This document shows positions 29,022 through 37,055 of a stretch of 52,118 nt of DNA, piece by piece. The number at the start of each line of letters is the position of its first letter. The first letter of the stretch is position 1. A model generated the notes under the pieces. It worked only from the letters and a program-made list of their open reading frames with translations. It had not been told where the DNA came from and ran no database searches. Made by a program: the position numbers and the translations under genes. This stretch comes from a bacterium (GTDB lineage Bacteria > Patescibacteriota > Minisyncoccia > Minisyncoccales > CG1-02-41-26), in the NCBI GenBank assembly GCA_030619905.1, contig JAUXAO010000003.1:1-52118 (forward strand). Reading direction: 5' to 3'.

Positions 29022-29954
29022 ATGCATCGTATCCCAAAAATTAAAGTAATTGGAATAGGTGGTGCTGGAGTAAACGCCTTATCCAGAATGGCAAAATGCG
29101 GTTTTAACTATATAGAATTAATTGCTGTTAATACTGATGCTCAATCTCTTCAATTTTCTAAAGTTCCTCATAAACTTTTAATTGGGGAAAATGTCACCTT
29201 AGGATTAGGAACTGGGATGGATGTTAGATTAGGGGAAAAAGCAGGCAAAGAAAGTGAAGGGAAGATAAAAGAGATTCTGAAAGGAGCTGAAATGATATTT
29301 TTAGCTTCAGGCTTTGGTGGGGGAACTGGTTCTTCTTGTCTGCCTATTATAGGAGAGATGGCAAAAAACCTAGGAATCTTAACCATAGCCGTAATAACAA
29401 AACCATTTTCTTTTGAGGGTATTCAACGTCAAAGAATCGCTAATCATGGTATTCGAAATTTGAAAGGAAAAGTTGATAGCTTGATTTGTATTTCCAATGA
29501 CAAATTACTAAAGATAATTGGTAAGAATACTTCGGTTGAAGACGCTTTTTGGGAATGTGACAGGATTTTAAGGGAAGCAATTCATGGAATTTCTGATTTA
29601 ATATTTTCCCCTGGCATTATAAATGTTGATTTAGCTGACATCCGCGGGATTTTGAAAAATTCCGGAGAAGCTCTTTTTGGCCAGGCTAAAGCTAAAGGAG
29701 AGAATCGAGCAATAACAGCGGCAAATGAAGCTATTCATTCGCCTTTGGTTGATTTTCCAATTAGTAAAGCCAAAGGGATTTTATTAAATATTGCTGGAGG
29801 AGATGATCTTAGTTTATTTGAAATTCAAGAAGCAGCTGATTTTATTAAAAAAACAGTTTCTCCTTGGGCTAAAATAAGTTTCGGTGCTTCAGAAGATAAA
29901 ACATTAAAAAAAGGAGAGATAAAAATTACGCTTATTGCCACAGGAATTAAATAA
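29022..29954 (+). CDS. ftsZ: FtsZ, divergent, without C-terminal linker/peptide
   Basis: GIGGAG, AVNTDAQ, GGGTGSS, KPFSFEG, INVDLAD; ends at IATGIK. Confidence 0.9.
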   Translation: MHRIPKIKVIGIGGAGVNALSRMAKCGFNYIELIAVNTDAQSLQFSKVPHKLLIGENVTLGLGTGMDVRLGEKAGKESEGKIKEILKGAEMIFLASGFGGGTGSSCLPIIGEMAKNLGILTIAVITKPFSFEGIQRQRIANHGIRNLKGKVDSLICISNDKLLKIIGKNTSVEDAFWECDRILREAIHGISDLIFSPGIINVDLADIRGILKNSGEALFGQAKAKGENRAITAANEAIHSPLVDFPISKAKGILLNIAGGDDLSLFEIQEAADFIKKTVSPWAKISFGASEDKTLKKGEIKITLIATGIK

Positions 29955-29983
29955 AATTACTTTATAGTTTGTAATTTCCAAGA

Positions 29984-30005
29984 CCGAGATTGAGTCTCGG
30001 ATTTT
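29984..30005 (+). terminator. Intrinsic terminator candidate after ftsZ
   Basis: CCGAGA-ttgag-TCTCGG then ATTTT. Confidence 0.55.
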
Positions 30006-30049
30006 AAATTAATTTTGCGTTAAATAAAAAATTAAACTAAAATAAGTAT

Positions 30050-32155
30050 ATGAAGAATAGAATCGAAAAGGTTAAAAAAAGAGATGGAAGAATCGTTGAT
30101 TTTGAACAAGAAAAAATTACTAAAGTTGTTTTTAAGGCTTTGACGGCGACTGAGCAGGGAGATGGAAAAAAATCAAAGAAAATCTCTGACAAGATAGTTA
30201 AATTATTAAATCGAAGATTTAAAAAAGGAGAAGTTCCTGATGTTGAAGAAATCCAAGATACAGTTGAAGAAGTTTTGATTTTAGAGGATTTAGTTAAGAC
30301 AGCCAAGGCCTATATTTTATACAGAGAGAAAAGAAGAGAGATAAGGGAAGCAGTACAGGTAAGAGAAGAGGCAGTAGATAGAGTTGACCAGTATCTCGAA
30401 AAATTGGATTGGGAAGTTAAAGAAAATGCCAATATGGCTTTTTCTCTCCAAGGATTGAATCGCTACGGAGTAAGTTATATTGTCAAAAAATATTGGCTTA
30501 ATAAAATCTATCCCAGAGAAATCAGAGAAGCGGTTAAATCTGGCGATTTTCATATTCATAACTTGGACACTCTTGGACCATACTGTGCAGGGTGGGATTT
30601 ATACGATTTTTTGTTAAAAGGTTTTAGTGGAGTCTCTGGAAAGTTGGAGTCAAGACCACCAAAGCATTTTAGATCAGCCTTAATCCAAGTGGTGAACTTT
30701 ATATTTACAATAACTGGAGAAGTGGCTGGAGCAGTTGCTTTTTCAAATTTTGATACTCTTTTGGCTCCTTTTATCCGCTATGACGGCTTAGATTATAAAG
30801 AGGTAAAGCAATCTCTTCAAGAATTTCTGTTTAATATGGCTATTCCCACTCGGGTCGGATTTCAATGCCCTTTTTCTAATATTACTTTAGACCTTAAGCC
30901 TTCATCAGTTTTTGCCAAACAGCCGGTAATTATTGGAGGTAAGCCTCAAAAAGAAACTTATGGAGAATTTGAAGAAGAAATGAAAATACTTGATAAGGCT
31001 TTTTATGAAGTAATGATGGAAGGCGATAAAAATGGGCGGCCATTTTCATTCCCAATTCCAACTATAAATATCACCAAAGATTTTTCTTGGAATGACCCTG
31101 CTTTCAATGGAATCTTTGAGGCCTCAGCGAAATATGGCACGAATTATTTTGCCAATTATATAAATTCAGAAATGAAACCGACCGATTGCAGAAGTATGTG
31201 TTGTAGATTAAGGCTTGATTTACGGGAACTTCATAATCGAGGTGGGGGAGGATTGTTTGGCAGTGGAAGTAACACCGGAAGTATCGGCGTGGTAACAATT
31301 GATATGCCTCGAATTGGCTATTTAGCAAAAACTAAAAGAGATTTTTTTGAAAGATTAACTAAACTAATGGATTTAGCCAAGGAATCTTTGGAAATCAAAA
31401 GAAAAACAATAGAAAACTTTATTGAAAAAGGTTTGTATCCTTACTCAAAGTTTTATTTGGCTGGAATTAAAAAAGCCAGAGGTGCTTATTATAATAATCA
31501 TTTCTCAACTATTGGTCTTGTTGGATTGAATGAATGTTTGTTGAATTTCATGGGCGAAAACATTGGTTCGGAGAAAGGAAGAAAATTCACTTTGGAAGTT
31601 TTAGATTTTATGAGAGAAAGATTAGTCAAATATCAAAAAGAAACGGGTAATATTTACAATTTAGAACAAACTCCAGCCGAAAGCACTTCTTATCGTTTGG
31701 CCATAAAAGATAAAGCAAAATATCCTGATATTATTACAGCTGGAACAAAGGAGGTTCCTTATTTTACAAATTCAAGTCAACTTCCGGTTAACTACACTGA
31801 TGATATTTTTGAGGCCTTAAAACTCCAAGATAAAATCCAGTGCGGATATACAGGAGGTAGTGTTTTGCACCTCTTCTTAGGAGAAAAAGTTTCTGATATA
31901 GAAACAGTTAAAAAATTGATTAAAAAAATCTTTGAAAATTTTCACTTGCCCTATATTACTTTAACCCCGACTTTTTCAATTTGTCCTGTTCACGGATATT
32001 TATCTGGTGAACATTGGACCTGTCCAAAATGCACGATTAAACAACCATGTGAAGTTTACTCCCGTGTTATCGGCTATCTCCGGCCCCTGAGCCAATGGAA
32101 TGCTGGAAAGCAGACCGAGTACAAGGAAAGAAAAGAATTTAAAATTAAAATATGA
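30050..32155 (+). CDS. nrdD: Class III (anaerobic) ribonucleotide reductase with ATP cone
   Basis: N-terminal VKKRDGR ATP cone, RSMCCRL, EQTPAES, glycyl-radical loop YSRVIGYLRP. Confidence 0.95.
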   Translation: MKNRIEKVKKRDGRIVDFEQEKITKVVFKALTATEQGDGKKSKKISDKIVKLLNRRFKKGEVPDVEEIQDTVEEVLILEDLVKTAKAYILYREKRREIREAVQVREEAVDRVDQYLEKLDWEVKENANMAFSLQGLNRYGVSYIVKKYWLNKIYPREIREAVKSGDFHIHNLDTLGPYCAGWDLYDFLLKGFSGVSGKLESRPPKHFRSALIQVVNFIFTITGEVAGAVAFSNFDTLLAPFIRYDGLDYKEVKQSLQEFLFNMAIPTRVGFQCPFSNITLDLKPSSVFAKQPVIIGGKPQKETYGEFEEEMKILDKAFYEVMMEGDKNGRPFSFPIPTINITKDFSWNDPAFNGIFEASAKYGTNYFANYINSEMKPTDCRSMCCRLRLDLRELHNRGGGGLFGSGSNTGSIGVVTIDMPRIGYLAKTKRDFFERLTKLMDLAKESLEIKRKTIENFIEKGLYPYSKFYLAGIKKARGAYYNNHFSTIGLVGLNECLLNFMGENIGSEKGRKFTLEVLDFMRERLVKYQKETGNIYNLEQTPAESTSYRLAIKDKAKYPDIITAGTKEVPYFTNSSQLPVNYTDDIFEALKLQDKIQCGYTGGSVLHLFLGEKVSDIETVKKLIKKIFENFHLPYITLTPTFSICPVHGYLSGEHWTCPKCTIKQPCEVYSRVIGYLRPLSQWNAGKQTEYKERKEFKIKI

Positions 32156-32865
32156 AAATTGGCGGTCTCCAAAAATTAACCCTAATTGATTATCCTGGCA
32201 AAATAGCCTGTACTGTCTTTTTGTCTGGATGTGATTATCGTTGTCCCTGGTGTTATAATCCGGAGCTTGTTTTGCCAGAAAAAATAAAAGAAATTAAGCA
32301 AATTCCAGAAAGAGAATTTTTTAAATTTTTAAAAGAAAGAAAAGAACTTTTAGAAGGAATTTGTATTGGAGGCGGAGAGCCGACTTTAAATAAGGATTTG
32401 CCTGAATTTTGTCAGAAAATAAAGAAATTGGGCTATTTGATAAAGATTGATACTAATGGTTCCAATCCTGAAATGCTTAAAAGTTTAATTAATAAGAAAT
32501 TAATTGATTATGTAGCTATGGATATAAAAGCACCTAAGGAAAAATACAAAGAAGCTGTTGGATTTAAAAAACGTTCTTCTCGTTATCTCTTAGATCGTAT
32601 TAACAAGAGTATAGATATTTTAAAACAAGGGAAAATTGATTATGAGTTTAGAACAACAATGATACCGAGATTATTAGGAAAGGAAGATATTATAAAAATT
32701 GTTCAATGGATTGGACCAGCTAAAAAATATTATTTACAAAATTTCAAGACTGGAAAAGATACCATTGACCCCGATTTTAAGAAAACGAATCCTTGTCTTG
32801 AAGAATATCTTTTAGAAATTCAAAAAGTAGCTGCTCCCTTTTTCGAAATTTGTCAGGTTAGATAA
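32152..32865 (+). CDS. nrdG: Anaerobic RNR activating radical SAM protein
   Basis: CDYRCPWC (CxxxCxxC), GGGEP; overlaps nrdD. Confidence 0.92.
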   Translation: MKIGGLQKLTLIDYPGKIACTVFLSGCDYRCPWCYNPELVLPEKIKEIKQIPEREFFKFLKERKELLEGICIGGGEPTLNKDLPEFCQKIKKLGYLIKIDTNGSNPEMLKSLINKKLIDYVAMDIKAPKEKYKEAVGFKKRSSRYLLDRINKSIDILKQGKIDYEFRTTMIPRLLGKEDIIKIVQWIGPAKKYYLQNFKTGKDTIDPDFKKTNPCLEEYLLEIQKVAAPFFEICQVR

Positions 32866-32891
32866 AATATAGTATGACCGGCTCTCGGCAG

Positions 32892-32917
32892 GCGAAATCT
32901 CATCGGTTTCGCTTTTT
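32892..32917 (+). terminator. Terminator after nrdG; left edge of the accessory island
   Basis: GCGAAA-tctcatcgg-TTTCGC then TTTTT. Confidence 0.6.
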
Positions 32918-32926
32918 GATTTCGGC

Positions 32927-32955
32927 GTGATAAAATATGACATTTGGTATATACT
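32927..32955 (+). promoter_or_regulatory. Promoter for the HTH-RM operon, probably leaderless
   Basis: GTGATA, 17 bp, TATACT (32950-32955); ATG 6 nt later at 32962. Confidence 0.5.
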
Positions 32956-32961
32956 GAAAAT

Positions 32962-33144
32962 ATGGATAAGCTATTAACCCTAAAAGAAACTGCTCAAGTA
33001 TTGCGTGTTAGTGAACGTACAATAATGCGTTATCTTAAATCTGGGAAACTAAAAGCTTCTAAGGTAGGTCAATGGAGGATATCTCAAAAAGACTTGGAAG
33101 AGTTTTTAAATAAATATAGCAACAAAAAACATGCCAAGATATAG
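32962..33144 (+). CDS. Excisionase-like (HTH_17/MerR-type) DNA-binding protein
   Basis: LLTLKETAQVLRVSERTIMRYLKSGKLKASKVGQWRI; start moved from 32944 to 32962 based on promoter position. Confidence 0.85.
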   Translation: MDKLLTLKETAQVLRVSERTIMRYLKSGKLKASKVGQWRISQKDLEEFLNKYSNKKHAKI

Positions 33145-35995
33145 AGAAGAAGTTATAAATATAAGAGTTGGCGATATCCTAAAAGAAATGGGGTTTAAGG
33201 CTTCAGCTGAGATTATTAGCGGAGGCAAATTGCCTGATATAATGGTGAATGTTGATGGGGTAAAGATAAATATTGAGGGACGATTTGAAAAGTCTCTACA
33301 AGCTAAGGGATTGGAAAAGAGATGCAGAGAAAGGGTCGAGACAGGAATATGTGATATAGCTGTCGGGATAGTATATCCAGAACAGATCAGAGAGGCAGAA
33401 GACAATGAACTACTCATCCAGAAAATCAAAGAGAGTGATCTATACTGTTTTACTGTTTCTGTAACACCAAGAGGAATAGAGAGGATTGATCTAGGGACGA
33501 TTAAAATGAAAGATATGGCCGAAAAGCTTAACTATCTTTATTCTGAAATTGTCAGCGCAGATTTACTCCAAGAACAAATCAAAAAAGTAGACAAAGCTAT
33601 AAATAAAGCTACTGAGGTTGCGACAACTTCAGGGCTTTTTTTTAGAGGTAAGGAGGTAATTGAAAGGTTAGAAGATGTTTTAGGTGTAAAGCCAAAGAAA
33701 GAAGACAAAGAAAAAGTAGTCGTAGAGGATTTGTTAAAAATAGGACTATTTGTGATTTTTGATGGACTAATATTTCATGAAGTATTCTCTGCCACTTCGT
33801 TAGCAAGGAGAAAAAAAGTGCAATCTTTGAGACTGTCTCCTAAGGTGAATATAACTAGATTTCTGAAAGAAGAATGGGAGAAGATTAAAAAAGTGAATTA
33901 TCTTCCAATCTTTGATATTGCTTCAGATGTCTCTCTATGCCTTCCTACTGCCCCAGAAACAGATACTATTCTTGAGATACTTATAAGGGCAACACTTGAT
34001 GTCGTAAGTTCAGGGGTCCTACTTAAGCACGATTTAATGGGAAGAGTTTATCATAAGCTTTTACTTAAAACTACTAGCAAGCATTATGCTGCTTATTATA
34101 CCGGTATCCCTTCAGCATGGATTTTATGTAATTTGGTAATTAAGACACCCAATCCTGATTTGGATTGGAATTTTAAGGACTTATCAAAGATAGAGAATTT
34201 AAAGGTAGTTGACCCTGCTTGTGGTTCGGGTACGCTTCTCTCGGGAACTTATATGGCCCTGAAAGATAAATATATTTTTGATAGATACAGAGATAGCGAC
34301 CCTAAAGATTTAGACCTTAAGGAATTTCATAGATTAATGATGGAGGAGATTTTAAATGGGTGGGATATTCTTGATTATGCCGGTCATTTGACTTTAACCA
34401 ATCTTGCTCTCCATAACCCTAATATTACCTTTATTGGTTCTAATATTTATGTTTTACCAATTGGGAAAACAACTAAAGAAAAAATTTATTTAGGAAGTCT
34501 TAGTTACCTTAACGAAAAAGGACAACAACAGCTACCAATTAAAGATTATTTTGTGACACTACCTAAAAAGAAAGGCTTAGCTTCAGAAGAAGAAAAGAGG
34601 ATTAGAGTGAGGAAACAGAGTATGGATGTGGTTATAATGAATCCACCATTTTCTAGAAGTGCAAAACCTAATGTAAAATTTGGTTTTACAGAAAAGGAAG
34701 TTATGAAAGAAATGAACAAAAAGTTAAGAGATATTGGAAGAATACTAGGGTATAAAAATATAGGGCAAGCTGGATTAGGAGCGTATTTTATCGTTCTAGC
34801 AGACCAACTATTAAAGCTGGGAGGGAGACTAGGACTAGTTATTCCAAGAGCTATTCTTAGCGGAGTTTCTTGGAAGGAGATAAGGGAACGTATTTTGCTA
34901 CAGGGATATGAGATTGAGTATATTGTTTCTAACTATGATCCTGGGGATAGAGTTTTAAAAATAGAACCCTGGAATTGGAGTGAGAATACAAATTTGGGTG
35001 AAGTGTTAATAATCGCACGAAAAACAGAAAAGCCTTTGGGAGATAGATATACGACTTTCATAAACTTATGGAATAAACCGAGAAATGAAATAGAAAGTTT
35101 AATTATCGATGAACAATGCGAAAAAGTGAGGCACGGGAAACATTTATTTTCTTTTGAGGATGGAAAGTATGAGATTTTAAAATTAAATAAAGATGTAGGT
35201 ATAACTTATAATGTAAAACAAAAAAATCTTGAATATAATTTTTTGTATCCCGCTCTCTTTGCTAATCCGCATTTAAATAAACTTGTATTTGACCTATTAA
35301 AGAAATACTCTCTTCCGTTAGTAGAATTAGGTAAGATGACACAAAATCTAGGAGTAGATATTAAGCAAATCAAAGACACCTTTAAAGAGACTGACACTAT
35401 CACTCCTTACAAAATTCTTTGGGGTCATAATTCTTCAATGAATACTCTTGAGATAAATGCTAGTCAGATAAAATATGGACAACCGCAAAACAAAAAAACA
35501 TCACTTTATAAACAAACCGCTAATTTATTATTAGCAAGTAGACCACATCTAAAAACCGAAAATCTGGTTGCAATGTATAGTAGAGATAAAAGCCTTGCAA
35601 CAGCTTTTTGGGAGGTTCAAATGGAAGAAGAAGATGCAGAAATACTTGCCTTGTGGCTTAATTCAATTTTTGGCTTTCTGATCTATATTTCCAATTCCGT
35701 AAATAGTATGGGAGAGATATTTAAGGTTAAGAAAGCACAGATAGAAAAATTGTCCGTGATTAATATAAATATTCTAAACGCTTCTTGTAGGGAAAAGTTA
35801 TTGCATCTTTATAAAAAGCTCAAAAATGAGCAATTCTATCCTTTTCCCAAAGAATTCGAATTAGCCTCTATAGGAAAGGGAACAAGAAAAGTAATAGACG
35901 ATGAGTTTATGAAAATTTTGAAATTAAAAATAGATCTTAAACCTTATTACAAAATGTTATCTAAAGAACCGGCACTCACCTTAAAAAGGTTATAA
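33131..35995 (+). CDS. Type IIG-like restriction-modification fusion (nuclease, N6-adenine MTase, TRD)
   Basis: N-terminal PD-x13-EGR nuclease-like segment; motif I VVDPACGSGTLL; motif IV NPPF. Confidence 0.82.
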   Translation: MPRYREEVINIRVGDILKEMGFKASAEIISGGKLPDIMVNVDGVKINIEGRFEKSLQAKGLEKRCRERVETGICDIAVGIVYPEQIREAEDNELLIQKIKESDLYCFTVSVTPRGIERIDLGTIKMKDMAEKLNYLYSEIVSADLLQEQIKKVDKAINKATEVATTSGLFFRGKEVIERLEDVLGVKPKKEDKEKVVVEDLLKIGLFVIFDGLIFHEVFSATSLARRKKVQSLRLSPKVNITRFLKEEWEKIKKVNYLPIFDIASDVSLCLPTAPETDTILEILIRATLDVVSSGVLLKHDLMGRVYHKLLLKTTSKHYAAYYTGIPSAWILCNLVIKTPNPDLDWNFKDLSKIENLKVVDPACGSGTLLSGTYMALKDKYIFDRYRDSDPKDLDLKEFHRLMMEEILNGWDILDYAGHLTLTNLALHNPNITFIGSNIYVLPIGKTTKEKIYLGSLSYLNEKGQQQLPIKDYFVTLPKKKGLASEEEKRIRVRKQSMDVVIMNPPFSRSAKPNVKFGFTEKEVMKEMNKKLRDIGRILGYKNIGQAGLGAYFIVLADQLLKLGGRLGLVIPRAILSGVSWKEIRERILLQGYEIEYIVSNYDPGDRVLKIEPWNWSENTNLGEVLIIARKTEKPLGDRYTTFINLWNKPRNEIESLIIDEQCEKVRHGKHLFSFEDGKYEILKLNKDVGITYNVKQKNLEYNFLYPALFANPHLNKLVFDLLKKYSLPLVELGKMTQNLGVDIKQIKDTFKETDTITPYKILWGHNSSMNTLEINASQIKYGQPQNKKTSLYKQTANLLLASRPHLKTENLVAMYSRDKSLATAFWEVQMEEEDAEILALWLNSIFGFLIYISNSVNSMGEIFKVKKAQIEKLSVININILNASCREKLLHLYKKLKNEQFYPFPKEFELASIGKGTRKVIDDEFMKILKLKIDLKPYYKMLSKEPALTLKRL

Positions 35996-36004
35996 AATAG
36001 AAGC

Positions 36005-36082
36005 ATGCCGTTATCAAAAGAAGCCATAGAAGAATATAAAGAAATCCATAAAAAAGTCTTCGGAGAGGAGATTTCCGAATAA
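36005..36082 (+). pseudogene. 25-aa remnant MPLSKEAIEEYKEIHKKVFGEEISE
   Basis: Clean ATG-TAA mini-ORF; resembles from memory small acidic proteins of CPR mobile elements (not searched). Confidence 0.35.
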
Positions 36083-36138
36083 TAAGTAACAAAAAATCGC
36101 CTCCAAAAAGCAAAAAGTATGTAAGGTTTCGAAAGTTT

Positions 36139-37044
36139 ATGGCAAATTTTCCTATTACATTATCAAGACGAGGATATGCATATCAAGATAAATATGCATT
36201 ATTAAAATTACTTAAGTTTTTATGTAATGGCAGGGTTAAAGAATTTCATGTTGATTTTCCATTTGGCAATAAAGGGAATTCACTAGACATTCTAATAGTT
36301 TTACAAAAACCAGAAGAGAAGTATGTATATGAGATTAAAACTGGCGAGAAATTTAAAAGAGATAAGTATAAAGAAGTAAGTGAAGCATTAATATCGCTAT
36401 ATTATTATCAGACCCAGAAAAAATGTAAAGTATATCTTATTATAAGTCCCGAACTTCGTAGTGGTATAGCAATGAATTGGGGAGATCTCCAATTCATTCG
36501 TGATGAAGGAGAACGTGCTAAGAATAATCGAGGTGATACCATGTTAGAAGTTGCGAAACGCTGTAGGAAATTATTTGGATTTGAGAAGAAAGCCATAAGT
36601 TTAGAGAATTTTATTAGATTCGTTAAATCCCTAAAATTAGAAGAAGGCCCTTCTTGTGAAAAAGACGGTGAAATTGATAGCTATCCCGACCTAGAAGACT
36701 TAATCGATTCAGAGATCAGAAATTTGGGTAAAAAATTAGACATACTTAGTTCAGAGTTAGAAATGCCCAATTTGTATATTGTTTTAGGGTTACTAGAGAT
36801 CGTCCGGCAGGGCGCCGAAGGAAAACTAAGGATTGTTCCTTCCTCTATAGAGGCTCTAACTAATTTTTTTGCTTGCAGGGTTCTTATAGCCAAACACATA
36901 TCGTATGGGAGAGGTATAACCAGTGATGAATTGTTAACACGGGAGAAGGAAAAGATTATAAAAAGGTTATCCGAAATTACAAAAGTATCCCAGAGAATAA
37001 TTGAACCTACATATAAAATTATTGAAGGGAAACCAATTAGATAA
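36139..37044 (+). CDS. PD-(D/E)xK (Cap4/Mrr-like) nuclease effector with helical C-terminal region
   Basis: RRGYAYQD (GxxYQ), then VDF...SLDIL...YEIKTG (D...D...ExK). Confidence 0.7.
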   Translation: MANFPITLSRRGYAYQDKYALLKLLKFLCNGRVKEFHVDFPFGNKGNSLDILIVLQKPEEKYVYEIKTGEKFKRDKYKEVSEALISLYYYQTQKKCKVYLIISPELRSGIAMNWGDLQFIRDEGERAKNNRGDTMLEVAKRCRKLFGFEKKAISLENFIRFVKSLKLEEGPSCEKDGEIDSYPDLEDLIDSEIRNLGKKLDILSSELEMPNLYIVLGLLEIVRQGAEGKLRIVPSSIEALTNFFACRVLIAKHISYGRGITSDELLTREKEKIIKRLSEITKVSQRIIEPTYKIIEGKPIR

Positions 37045-37055
37045 TTAATATTCCT

